A stretch of DNA of 64,000 nucleotides from Octopus bimaculoides. Lineage: Eukaryota. The notes below the pieces were generated by a model, which saw only the letters and a list, made by a program, of their open reading frames with translations, did not search any database and was not told where the DNA came from. Where the stretch lies: contig NC_068989.1 of assembly GCF_001194135.2 (NCBI RefSeq), positions 72,652,788 to 72,716,787 on the forward strand, given 5' to 3'. The translations under genes were made by a program, and so were the position numbers. Below are positions 36,969 through 49,244 of the stretch, in pieces (position 1 is the stretch's first letter; each line of letters opens with the position of its first letter).

Positions 36969-37417
36969 GTTCTTTCACCCCGGCCACTATCTACATATGC
37001 AGGTGCTTGCAATTATCAAGTATTACCTCGAAAATTTACTTTACCTATATATACATACATATATATNNNNNNNNNNNNNNNNNNNNNNNNNNNNNNNNNN
37101 NNNNNNNNNNNNNNNNNNNNNNNNNNNNNNNNNNNNNNNNNNNNNNNNNNNNNNNNNNNNNNNNNNNNNNNNNNNNNNNNNNNNNNNNNNNNNNNNNNNN
37201 NNNNNNNNNNNNNNNNNNNNNNNNNNNNNNNNNNNNNNNNNNNNNNNNNNNNNNNNNNNNNNNNNNNNNNNNNNNNNNNNNNNNNNNNNNNNNNNNNNNN
37301 NNNNNNNNNNNNNNNNNNNNNNNNNNNNNNNNNNNNNNNNNNNNNNNNNNNNNNNNNNNNNNNNNNNNNNNNNNNNNNNNNNNNNNNNNNNNNNNNNNNN
37401 NNNNNNNNNNNNNNNNN

Positions 37418-37474
<57 letters not shown>

Positions 37475-38560
37475 TACACACATTGATACTCATAAGTAAA
37501 TATGAAATTAAATACAAAACAGACAGAGGTGATAATTCATAGGATGCACACAGAACGGCAAGAATCCAAACAATAAACTGCTTATTCATTTTTAATACGT
37601 TCTGGCAGATTTGAACGTGAATATCTGACCGCTGTTGCTTTCCGTTGACGGAGAATGCATATATATTCTTACATACAATGACATACACAAATAAACATTA
37701 ACCCCCACCGCCCCACCAAAAAGAAAGAAAAATACAGGAGAAGGAAGAACAAACGCTGGTCCAGGCAAACACGCAAATCAGTTAAAGATTCCATCTAACA
37801 CTTAAACGGTTCGGATCCACGTAAATTTTCTCTGGTGATTGTATTGACGGCCTCGATGTACATAGGAAAATATCTGCTTCCTCGGCATGTCTACATCTTT
37901 GTATTTCTTCTGTCAATAGGGATTGCAAGTGTAGTACTAGCGGACAGAAAAGAGACGGGCAAATTATGATGCGAGAGATGCTTAGGGTTCTAAATCCTGG
38001 TGTTTCTTAAGTCCTAACACCGCTGATATGGTTGACAAGCAAAACCGCTTTCACCAGAGAATCCAGTCTTTCTGTTTCGTGTGTCTGAAATACAGAAACT
38101 ACCTTTATCTGGGATTATCAGGGTAGAAAATAGATAAGGGTATTAAGTGATGGTATGGTTTGCAGTGTGGTTAAGGATACAATTATGTGCATGAGAGCAT
38201 ATATATGTATATATATATATATNNNNNNNNNNNNNNNNNNNNNNNNNNNNNNNNNNNNNNNNNNNNNNNNNNNNNNNNNNNNNNNNNNNNNNNNNNNNNN
38301 NNNNNNNNNNNNNNNNNNNNNNNNNNNNNNNNNNNNNNNNNNNNNNNNNNNNNNNNNNNNNNNNNNNNNNNNNNNNNNNNNNNNNNNNNNNNNNNNNNNN
38401 NNNNNNNNNNNNNNNNNNNNNNNNNNNNNNNNNNNNNNNNNNNNNNNNNNNNNNNNNNNNNNNNNNNNNNNNNNNNNNTATATATATAAATATACATATG
38501 CGCATGCACGCACACACACACACATACACACACACACACAGAGACACACACACACCCACA

Positions 38561-38602
<42 letters not shown>

Positions 38603-38613
38603 CACGCACATAT

Positions 38614-38648
<35 letters not shown>

Positions 38649-38795
38649 CCTATGCATGTGTATGTATGTAGCTCTCTCTCTGTCTATATATAGAGATATA
38701 TTGATATACACTCATGCGTGGGCAAATGTGCGTGTGTTTGTGTATGTTATGTGTGTGTGTGTGTGTGTGCGTGTGTGTGTGTGTGTGCATGTGTG

Positions 38796-38828
<33 letters not shown>

Positions 38829-39164
38829 TGAATATGTATGGAGAATCGAGTGTCTTGACTTTTAGACAGCGATCAATCTCTCGTGTATTTTATGCGGATC
38901 AGATTTGTGTGTTCAGAAATATAACCACTGATGTTGAATAGTTTGAGCTGAGCTAAAATGGAATTTACTACAGAAGTCAACGGATATTTCCGAACAAATC
39001 CGAACAAGAACGATCCTCTGTTAACGTTAAGAAAGTTCTTATTTCTAAAAATTATAATCGGCACAAAAATTCTGTAGAACGTACATAGTGGATAGCGTGC
39101 CAGATAGACTGACGGACAACGAAACCAGTCGAGAGGTCGGCGAGCTTCATATACTGAAACTCTT

Positions 39165-39186
39165 CACTGAGTAGTAGTAGTAGTAA

Positions 39187-39229
<43 letters not shown>

Positions 39230-39385
39230 AGTGGTGGTATGGTGGTAGTGGTGGTATGGTGGTAGTGGTAGTAGTAACAGTATTCGTTGTGGTGATTCTG
39301 ATGGTGGTAGTAATAGTAGAAGTTGCTGTGATTGGAGTATTATTAGCAGTAGTAGAAGCAGTAGCAGCAGCAACAGTAACAATCT
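39165..39385. repeat. Degenerate (AGT)n/(GGT)n tract
   Basis: Direct reading. Confidence 0.9.
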
Positions 39386-39416
39386 AGGAAGGAGAGCGTT
39401 GTGGAAATACGTTTTG

Positions 39417-39463
<47 letters not shown>

Positions 39464-39464
39464 A

Positions 39465-39659
39465 ATAATATTCTTCCTAATTTAAGTTCAATTTCGAGGG
39501 GAGAGGATTGATCAGTCGATACCAATAACATTACTTGACTGGCACTTCGTTTTCTCAACGTTGCCCCCGAGATTTGAACTCAGAATGTAAAGAGTCTGAA
39601 GAAATGCCGCCACTCATTTTCTTCGACGCTCTAACGATTCTGCTTACACACCGCCTTAA
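39465..39659 (-). mobile_element. SINE family D, unit 1 of a head-to-tail triple
   Basis: gatttgaactcagaatgtaaag..ctctaacgattctgc..caccgcctt. Confidence 0.75.
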
Positions 39660-39878
39660 TATTAATTTTAAATTTTGGCGCAAGGCCAGCAATTTCGGTG
39701 GAGGGAGTAAGTCGATTACATTGACCCCAGTGCTCAACTGGTGCTTATTTTATCGACCCCAAAAAGGAAGAAAGGCAAAGTCGACCACGGTGGAATTTGA
39801 GCACAAAACGTAAAGACAGTTGAAATGCCGCTACACATTTTGCCGAACGTGTTAACGATTCTGCCCGCTCGTCGTTTT
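39660..39878 (-). mobile_element. SINE family D, unit 2
   Basis: ggcgcaaggccagcaatttc..gaaaggcaaagtcgacc..ttaacgattctgcc. Confidence 0.88.
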
Positions 39879-39889
39879 TAATATCAATA

Positions 39890-40022
39890 ACAATGGCTTC
39901 AAATTTTGACACAAAGTCAACAACTCTGGGAGGAACTGTTTAGTCGATTACATCGACCCAGTACTTGTCTAGTACTTATTTTATCGACCCCATAATAATG
40001 AAAAGCAATGTTGGCCTCAGCG
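39890..40022 (-). mobile_element. SINE family D 3' half, unit 3
   Basis: tagtcgattacatcgacccagta..tacttattttatcgacccc. Confidence 0.75.
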
Positions 40023-40250
40023 GGACTATGATGATGATGATGATATTTTAGCAAGCACACACACAAATCAAAATTTCTTTCACTATCAATGAATAGCAGA
40101 TTAGCAACTATCTTTTCATACAGACACAACACAGACGACGCTTTCAGGTATTTTGGATAAGGTTTTCAGAAATAACCCAATAGATTTACCATTAATTCCG
40201 TGAAATATTCACAGGTCCCGCTAGTATTTCAAGAAATTATGATATACTTC

Positions 40251-40447
40251 AAGGCGTTGAGTTGGTAGAATCGCGATCACGCTGGACAAAATACTTAGCT
40301 GCATTTCGAAATTTTACGTTCTGAGTTCGAATTCCGCTGAGGTCGACTTTGCCTCTTATCCTTTCGAGGTCGATAAAATAAGTACCAATTGAGAACTTAT
40401 GACCTACCCTCAAATTGCTGGCCGTGTGCCAAAAATTGAAACCAATT
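40251..40447 (+). mobile_element. SINE family D with probable 11-bp TSD
   Basis: aattatgatat at 40235-40245 and 40448-40458. Confidence 0.85.
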
Positions 40448-40596
40448 AATTATGATATCCTTTAATGGTTTAAATGTTCATTAAAAAGATAAATTTTCAG
40501 TAGACAGAAAAAAAATTATAGCTACATTGGTCAATTGCTATGTAGCGTGTTCCAAGGTTTGTTAACAAAATTCACGAAAGCATTCGCAAAATATTT

Positions 40597-41108
40597 CCTT
40601 AACTTTTGTCTTTTACTTGTTTCATTCATTTAACTGAGGCCATGCTGGAGCACCGCCTTTAGTCGAGCAAATCGACCCCAGAACTTATTCTTTGTAAGCC
40701 TAGTACTTATTCTATCGGTCTCTTTTGCCGAACCGCTAAGTTACGGGGACGTAAACACACCAGCATCGGTTGTCAAGCGATATTGGGATGACAAACACAG
40801 ACACACAAACATATACACGCACATACATACATATATATATATATATATANNNNNNNNNNNNNNNNNNNNNNNNNNNNNNNNNNNNNNNNNNNNNNNNNNN
40901 NNNNNNNNNNNNNNNNNNNNNNNNATATATATACATACTTATATACGACGGGCTTCTTTCAGTTTCCGTCTACCAAATCCACTCACAAGGCTTTGGTCGG
41001 CCCGAGGCTATAGTAGAAGACACTTGCCCAAGGTGTCACGCAATGGGACTGAACCCGGAACCGTGTGGTTGGTAAGCAAGCTACTTACCACACAGCCACT
41101 CCTACGCC
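40597..41108 (-). mobile_element. SINE family A, full length (gap inside its internal TA tract); body has a CORE-like ccttgggcaagt motif
   Basis: Head aggcgtaggagtggctgtgtggtaag..gggttcagtccc through tail gaaacaagtaaaagacaaaag. Confidence 0.92.
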
Positions 41109-41124
41109 TCACAAAAAATTAGTA

Positions 41125-41430
41125 ATTGTTGTGTGGCCTCAGGTGTGCATCGTGCAATTAGACCAATGATCAAAGACGGTCCAACCGTGATAATCTTGTA
41201 TTGTTACATATCAGAAACTATATTGTCTTAATGTGACTCGTCTTTCTTTTTTTTTTCAATATTTTTATCTTTTAACAGGAATGGCACCCTGACCATTTCT
41301 GTTAAACAAAATATTCAAGAACAAAAATAAGTTGCAGTCGTCAATATCAAGCGTGAATATAATTTTTTTTCCCCTTCTTCTCTCTCAGACGAGTGAATGA
41401 GATTTAGCTGCTATTTTGAGCGACCACCTA
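41125..41430. repeat. Unclassified interspersed repeat, related to 14400-14600
   Basis: Weak shared start; gatttagctgctattt motif also echoed near 1315, 28975 and 49062. Confidence 0.35.
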
Positions 41431-41571
41431 ATGGCTGTCGTGTTATCCTGGACTCCGTTGTTGGTTCGACACACAATATAAAGTGATGTTAGGTGAATTA
41501 GTGATAATTTGTGCAGAATTTCGTTGTCAAGGAATAAGAGAACTGATTTACATATGAAAAGCATACTCTTT

Positions 41572-41937
41572 TCTTCTTTCAGTCATTTGACTGCGGCACC
41601 ACCTTTAGTCGAGCAAATCGACCCTAGGACTTATTCTTTGGATGCCTAGTACTTATTCTATCGGTCTCTTTTGCCAAAACGCTAAGTTACGGGGACCTAA
41701 ACACACCACCATCTGTTGTCAAGCGATGTTGGGGGGACACAGACACACAAACATATACACAAACACACACACACATATATATATATATATACATATATAC
41801 GGCGGGCTTCTTTCAGTTTCCGTCTACCAAATCCACTCACAAGGCTTTGGTCGGCTCGAGGCTATAGTAGAAGACACTTGCCCAGTGGGACTGAAACCAG
41901 GATCATGTGGCTGGTAAGCAGGCTACTTACCACACAG
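41572..41937 (-). mobile_element. SINE family A, near full length
   Basis: High identity to 40610-41095. Confidence 0.9.
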
Positions 41938-43375
41938 NNNNNNNNNNNNNNNNNNNNNNNNNNNNNNNNNNNNNNNNNNNNNNNNNNNNNNNNNNNNNNN
42001 NNNNNNNNNNNNNNNNNNNNNNNNNNNNNNNNNNNNNNNNNNNNNNNNNNNNNNNNNNNNNNNNNNNNNNNNNNNNNNNNNNNNNNNNNNNNNNNNNNNN
42101 NNNNNNNNNNNNNNNNNNNNNNNNNNNNNNNNNNNNNNNNNNNNNNNNNNNNNNNNNNNNNNNNNNNNNNNNNNNNNNNNNNNNNNNNNNNNNNNNNNNN
42201 NNNNNNNNNNNNNNNNNNNNNNNNNNNNNNNNNNNNNNNNNNNNNNNNNNNNNNNNNNNNNNNNNNNNNNNNNNNNNNNNNNNNNNNNNNNNNNNNNNNN
42301 NNNNNNNNNNNNNNNNNNNNNNNNNNNNNNNNNNNNNNNNNNNNNNNNNNNNNNNNNNNNNNNNNNNNNNNNNNNNNNNNNNNNNNNNNNNNNNNNNNNN
42401 NNNNNNNNNNNNNNNNNNNNNNNNNNNNNNNNNNNNNNNNNNNNNNNNNNNNNNNNNNNNNNNNNNNNNNNNNNNNNNNNNNNNNNNNNNNNNNNNNNNN
42501 NNNNNNNNNNNNNNNNNNNNNNNNNNNNNNNNNNNNNNNNNNNNNNNNNNNNNNNNNNNNNNNNNNNNNNNNNNNNNNNNNNNNNNNNNNNNNNNNNNNN
42601 NNNNNNNNNNNNNNNNNNNNNNNNNNNNNNNNNNNNNNNNNNNNNNNNNNNNNNNNNNNNNNNNNNNNNNNNNNNNNNNNNNNNNNNNNNNNNNNNNNNN
42701 NNNNNNNNNNNNNNNNNNNNNNNNNNNNNNNNNNNNNNNNNNNNNNNNNNNNNNNNNNNNNNNNNNNNNNNNNNNNNNNNNNNNNNNNNNNNNNNNNNNN
42801 NNNNNNNNNNNNNNNNNNNNNNNNNNNNNNNNNNNNNNNNNNNNNNNNNNNNNNNNNNNNNNNNNNNNNNNNNNNNNNNNNNNNNNNNNNNNTATATATA
42901 TACACATATGTGTATATATTTTTAATATATGTTATATATATGCATGTATGTATGTGTGTGTGTGTGTATAAGAAACGACGGGGAGAGACAGTATCAAAAG
43001 GGAATAAAAAAAGATAATCCAGGGGTCGGAATGGGAGGATTAGCAACTGTCAAAATCAGACATTAATGAGGATATATCCAGTCAAACACTGGATTACCAC
43101 AGTCGCTCTGTAAGGCTATATATGTTTTCACCTGTTTGCCATTTGACGTCGCGATTTTCGATATTCTATAGATTTAGTCGTTTGCATTTACAGAACATAA
43201 TCTTAGCATCCACCCTCCCACTGCTACCAATCACATTTGAACTACACACAGTTATTCAGTTTTCTTCTATCTGTTCTATGTTCCATAGCAGTTAAGTGAA
43301 AGAATTTCAAAACAATATTAGATTCAAGACACAGCTCTAATTCTTAAATAGTGGTTAATATTGTAGCTCCATGTA

Positions 43376-43597
43376 AGGTAGCGAGCTGGCAGAATCATTA
43401 CCGCCCTAGAAAAAAATGCTTAGCGGAATTTTTCTTGCTTTTATGTTCTGAGTTCAAATTCCGCCGAGGTCAACTTTCCCGTTCATCCTTTCGCGGTCGA
43501 TAAAACAAGAAGTTGAAAACTGGGATCGATGTAAGCAACTTTCCCCCGTCACCGAAATTGGTGGAATTGTGCCAAAATTTGAGACCAATATTATAAT
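43376..43597 (+). mobile_element. SINE family D
   Basis: aggtagcgagctggcagaatc..gtgccaaaatttgagaccaatatt. Confidence 0.85.
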
Positions 43598-43810
43598 CTT
43601 TTCTACTAAAGGCACAAGGCCAGAAATTTGTGGGGAAAGAACTAGTCGATTACATCGACCCCAGTGTTTCAATGGTACTTAATTCATCGACCCCAAAACG
43701 ATGAAAGGCCAAGTCGACTTCGGCGGAATTTGAACTCAGAACGTAGCGTCAGGCGAAATACCGCTAAGCATTTTGCACAGCTTGACAGTTCTACCAGACC
43801 GTCGACTTGT
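43598..43810 (-). mobile_element. SINE family D with 16-bp TSD
   Basis: agaccaatattataat at 43582-43597 and 43811-43826. Confidence 0.88.
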
Positions 43811-43832
43811 AGACCAATATTATAATGTCACA

Positions 43833-44069
43833 AAAGGCGGTGAGCTAGCAGAATCGTTAGCACGCCGGGCGAAATGCTTAACGGTATTTCGTCTGCTGTT
43901 ACGTTCTGAGTTCAAATTCCGCCGAGGTCGATTTTGCCTTTCATCCTTTCGGGGTCGATAAATTAAGTACCAGTTACGCACTGGGGCCGATGTAATCTAC
44001 TTAATCCCTTTGTCTGTCCTTGTTTGTCCCCTCTTTGTTTAGCCCCTTGTGGTCAACAAAGAAATAGGA
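43833..44069 (+). mobile_element. SINE family D, young full-length copy, first unit of a dimer
   Basis: aaggcggtgagctagcagaatcgttagcacgccggg through aaagaaatagga. Confidence 0.92.
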
Positions 44070-44250
44070 TTCGTTAGCACACCTTGCAAAATGCTTAGCG
44101 GCACTTCGTCCGTTTTAACGGGGTCAACTTTGCGTTTCACTCTTTCGGTGTCGTTATAGTAAGTACCAGTTGAGCATTGGAGTCGATGTAACAGACGTAA
44201 ACCTTCTCCCGAAGTTGCTGGCATTGTGTCAAAATTTAAAACCAATATTA
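44070..44250 (+). mobile_element. SINE family D, older second unit of the dimer
   Basis: Starts ttcgttagcacacc; ends aaaatttaaaaccaatatt. Confidence 0.8.
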
Positions 44251-44351
44251 TAATGCCATGGAATCTTGGATTCGTTCTTAAGCTACAACAGGTAACTCTT
44301 TTAAGATATCAAGGAAACAAGACAGTATTTAACAATAATATAAAACAACAG

Positions 44352-44380
44352 GAAGCGAGCTGGCAGAATCGTTGGCACAA
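44352..44380 (+). mobile_element. SINE family D head stub
   Basis: gcgagctggcagaatcgttggcac. Confidence 0.6.
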
Positions 44381-44418
44381 ATAACGGTAGAAAGGTGTAC
44401 TATCTACCTCTTTTACTT

Positions 44419-44476
<58 letters not shown>

Positions 44477-44561
44477 GCACACACACACACACACAAATGC
44501 ACACGCACACACAAATGCACATACACACGCACAAATGCACATACACACACACACAACCACA

Positions 44562-44597
<36 letters not shown>

Positions 44598-44847
44598 ATT
44601 TGACTACCTCTGTCTGTTTTTTTTTGTCTTTAATATAGTGGCCTCTGCTCCTCTGAGATAGCGAGCCTTGTAACAATTCCATTTATACTCTTTCGACTCG
44701 CTCACCTCTCTTCTCCCACATCCATGTCGAATCCTAAACTATATATAAGTAAGAACCGACATGAAATAAAAGAGACATAAATTAAAGTCTAATACCAATG
44801 AATACCTATGTAGCAAGGATACGGTATATCTTAGTCAATCTCATTAG

Positions 44848-44884
<37 letters not shown>

Positions 44885-45034
44885 TAGAGGGGGGGAGGGG
44901 GAGAGAGAAAGATAGATACATACATATATATGTGTGTGTGTGTGTGCGTAGGCATATTGTGTGTCCGTGTGTGTATATACCTATACACACAGAGCGATTT
45001 AGTTCATATATATGTATACATACATATATATATC

Positions 45035-45084
45035 GTCTTCTTCTTCTTTTTCTTCTTCTTCTTTTTCTTCTTCTTCTTCTTCTT

Positions 45085-45115
<31 letters not shown>

Positions 45116-45238
45116 TTATTATTATTATTATTATATATGAATATTTATATATATATATTCATATATAATGATGATAATAATAATGATAATAATAAGAAGA
45201 ATAAGAATAAGAAGAAGAAGAAGGAGAAGAAGAAGAAG

Positions 45239-45268
<30 letters not shown>
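45035..45268. repeat. Fold-back compound microsatellite (CTT)n(ATT)n-core-(AAT)n(AAG)n
   Basis: Perfect 14-bp core arms 45131-45144 / 45155-45168; complementary flanking tracts. Confidence 0.92.
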
Positions 45269-45270
<2 letters not shown>

Positions 45271-46259
45271 CAAAAACAACGACAACAAGAACAAGGAAAA
45301 GATGAATCATAACAGCAAAAACAGCAACAAAAATTTGTTACCTAGCGAAACAAGAGCTCGCGTAACATTTCGCCTTCAACAAGCGACAAATTGAATAATA
45401 TTTGTTGAAATCCAATTGTCGCAATTCTCATAACAAAACTGCAACGCTATCCCCCTCCCTCTCCCCCTTACGTTACAGTTTGTGTATTGCCATATGTTGT
45501 GAGCGCGGAAAAGTCCATTTACTAGACGCTCGTCATTGGAGCCGTTCATACAAATGAGTTCATTGACTGCATGCCTTTTTACTATAGTTACAATAATTTG
45601 CATCTGTTATAACATGCATATTACTGCAACTAGACACCCGGGCACCCCGGGGTAACTCCGAGTACTCTGTGGTCTTAAGGTCTCGGTTTCAGGGATTTGT
45701 GAATTTTAGTGTCAAGGCAGGAAGCTGCGCCATGCATATTTATGGTCGAAACATAATGTTGCTTTTGGCTTTTAACTTTCTTGTTATTGTACTTGCTGTT
45801 ACTATTCATCAGATATGTATCTCTCTAGGCACACATACACATACACATACAATCACATACACACACTAAATACATTTAATCTTTATGCATGCATTAATCT
45901 ACGCTTCTAGTTTTCTCTCCCTCCCTCCCTCTCTCTCCTTATTCTCCTTATATATATTATGCCTGTACACACATATGTACATACCCAAATAATAATAGGA
46001 AGACAGGAAATTCTTTAGCACATCTTTAACGACTCGTTACAATTGTTTCTGTACCAAATCTACTTGCAACGCCAGCTTGGGTATATATACATTCCAAAAT
46101 GTAACTACATGTGGATTGTTGGCGATTTTTTCCTCCGTCTTCCTTTTCTCTTGGATTTTCCTCTCTTGTTTCTGAAGAAGAACTTAGCTCGAAACGTAAA
46201 ACGCCCTTTCTTTCCTTCCCTGAGCGTATCATTAATACTTTGCATGTTGTTGTTTTTGG

Positions 46260-46343
<84 letters not shown>

Positions 46344-46361
46344 AGCATATGCGTGAATCTA

Positions 46362-46397
<36 letters not shown>

Positions 46398-46502
46398 AGC
46401 ACAAGCATACATTGACACACATATACATACAGGCGCTTGCACTCACACACGCGCGCGCGCACGCGCACACACACACGCACACGTACGCACACACAACTTA
46501 GA

Positions 46503-47095
46503 TACCTTAGATTAACTTAGACATGTTTGGGCCAGAGATTGGCCCAACTCATATCGAACTTAATAGCACCACCTGATAAGATGTTAAGTCCCATTTAGGT
46601 CAAGTTTTGTGGTATCATGACCATTCAGGTAGGGAGTCTTTGTTGACTGAGATGTGTCCGGCAATAGGTGGCATATCCGGTATCCTCTGAAGCAATTTAT
46701 CCAGGTATCGTTGAAGATGATGGGATCTTTCTTTGATTTGTTTTGGAGTAATTTTAAATAGAGTAGGAGCCTCTTGCAGATAAGTAATTATGCTACAGAG
46801 AATTTATGCGTTGTGAGTCTGAATTGTATAGGAGGCGTACGGCACGTGGCCTCAGACTTAGATGAATTCTGAATCTGATGTTAAGGTCGTTTGGGCAATG
46901 CTGATGCCTAGTCTTTTTCAATTTCAGTTCATGTTTTTTTTTAATTTTGTCTCTTTGCCTTCATTTTATTTGACTTTGGCAAACTATTCTATCCTCAATT
47001 CGTTGAAAAGTGTCCTAGCTGAAAAATGTGAACTCTCCCAGTAGAGATTCTATATGATCTTGAAAGTGCTAAATTTATTTAGCACTTTCAGTATG
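46503..47095 (-). mobile_element. CR1-type LINE 3' fragment (RT C-terminus and 3' UTR), decayed
   Basis: CPNDLNIRFRIH..RAVRLLYNSDS, RYLDKLLQRIPDMPPIAGHISVNKDSLPEW; ends in short ctaag repeats. Confidence 0.7.
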
Positions 47096-47657
47096 CCATC
47101 TGTACAAAAGACGGCGATAAAGGTAGTATTAACATACTGTAATGAAGAAAATACAATATTATCCAATGGCTAATATTATCTACAATATTATAATGCTTAT
47201 CATGGCATGCATTTCAATGTTATACTCTTAAAGGGAAATAACCTAGTCTTGATCTCAATTGATATTCTCTTCTGTTTAAGTGAGACAGGCTGACATTAGG
47301 ATATCAAATATAGCCTGAAGCAGTTATAAATGTTATGGAGATAAATTGGAGGGGAGTCAATTTAATCAGTTGGAAACATTGAAGGAGTTCCTCTGCCACG
47401 ACCTCAATCCAATGACTGAAACCAGCACCAATGAAGCCCCCCATACCCCCGCCAAAAAAGCACAAAAACAAAAACAAGAAATAAAATAACATGTATACAT
47501 GTAAGTTTATATGAATGCATATATGTAGGTATAAATGCATACATATGTATGCATGCATGTATGTATATGTATATAAATGGAAATAAATACACATGTGTGA
47601 AAGGTGCGCATGCGTGTATACGTATGCATATATATGTATGCATTATATATATTTATC

Positions 47658-47870
47658 AAGACGGTGAGCTGGTAGCAACGTTAGCACGCCGGGCGAAATG
47701 CTTCGCGGAATTTCGTCTGTCTTTACGTTCTGAGTTCAAATTCTACCGAGGTCGAGTTTGCCTTTCATCTTTTCGGGGTCGATAAATTAAGTACCAGTTA
47801 CGTAGTGGGGTCTATCTAACTGCCTAGCCCCCACCCCGAAAATTTCGGGCTTTGTGCTGAGAGTAGAAAA
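47658..47870 (+). mobile_element. SINE family D
   Basis: aagacggtgagctggtagcaacgttagcacgccgggcg..gagtagaaaagaatat. Confidence 0.9.
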
Positions 47871-47903
47871 GAATATATATGTATTTATCGATATTATATT
47901 CTT

Positions 47904-48098
47904 ATTTCTTTATTGCCCACAAGGGGCTAAACATAGAAGGGACAAATAAGGACAGACAAAAGGGATTAAGTCGATTACCTCGACCCCAGTGCGTAACTGG
48001 TACTTAATTTATCGACCTCAAAAGGATGAAAGGCAAAGTCGACCCCGGTGGAATTTGAACTCAGAACGTAACGGCAGACGAAATACCGTTAAGCATTT
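47904..48098 (-). mobile_element. 5'-truncated SINE family D with 15-bp TSD
   Basis: cgatattatattctt at 47889-47903 and 48099-48113. Confidence 0.93.
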
Positions 48099-48138
48099 CG
48101 ATATTATATTCTTTAAATAAAAATATACACGTTTATGA

Positions 48139-48181
<43 letters not shown>

Positions 48182-48220
48182 AGCATACGAATATATGTAT
48201 ATGTGTATCTATCATCTATC

Positions 48221-48257
<37 letters not shown>

Positions 48258-48426
48258 CTTTGCAGGGAGAGAGAGAAAGGGAGAAAGATATATGAAGTAT
48301 TTATGTATGTGTGTACACGTAGACACACATATCTTTTCTGTAAATATATAGAAATGCAACCACGTTTTTACATTATGTATACTTATACATACACAAACAC
48401 ACACAACACACTCACACATATATATA

Positions 48427-48491
<65 letters not shown>

Positions 48492-49209
48492 GCATACAAG
48501 TATGTGTTTATATATGTATAATCGTTTTTAAGGATTCTCCGCTTACAAATATGGCGACAGTTTTCCGTGTCACTTCTAGTATATTCTGGCCATTTATAAT
48601 AATGTTTATGCTTCTGCATATTTGCTTGGAGTACATATTTGAATTTCTGCAGCAAATTAGAAATGGCTATTCGATCTATCTTTATCTGTAAATGCAAATT
48701 TCATTTTATGAATCTACTTTAACGGTTTCTTATTTTCGAATCGTTGCTCGAGAACGAGAGACATTAAATACATATCTATTTAACTAATATGTATGTACGC
48801 GCACGCAGAACTACGCGCACAGACACACACACGCACGCAAATACACGCACGCGCGCGCACAAGGCTACGTCCATGCTTATTTACATGACGTTGCATATAT
48901 ATATATACATATATATGTGAGTGTGCGTGCGTGTGTGTGCGTGCGTGTGTGTGCGTGTGTGTGTGTGTGTGTGTGCGTTACCCTACAGAATATAGATTGG
49001 TAAAAGTTTTTATTTTTCATTTCCTTTCGAAATTATCCCTAATTTTTGTGGTATGTAGTCTTTTGCTGCTATTTCTAGCGAGCAGATGTCCTATTATAGG
49101 CATCTCTGCATTTTAAATGAATAATAAATAGTCTATTGACTGTTTTTTTTACTCTCGCTAGACCACTGGTGGTAAATAAAATTTCTAAAATTTTTTTTGC
49201 TACCCTACA

Positions 49210-49244
<35 letters not shown>

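Noticed and set aside
40124-40147. 24-nt micro-exon candidate (cttttcatacAG ... CAG|GTATTT)
   Set aside because: Too short to distinguish from chance without transcript data.
41279-41330. Strong acceptor followed by EWHPDHFC (LIM-like) or NGTLTIS (Ig-like)
   Set aside because: Both frames stop within 17 codons, there is no donor, and it lies in a probable interspersed repeat.
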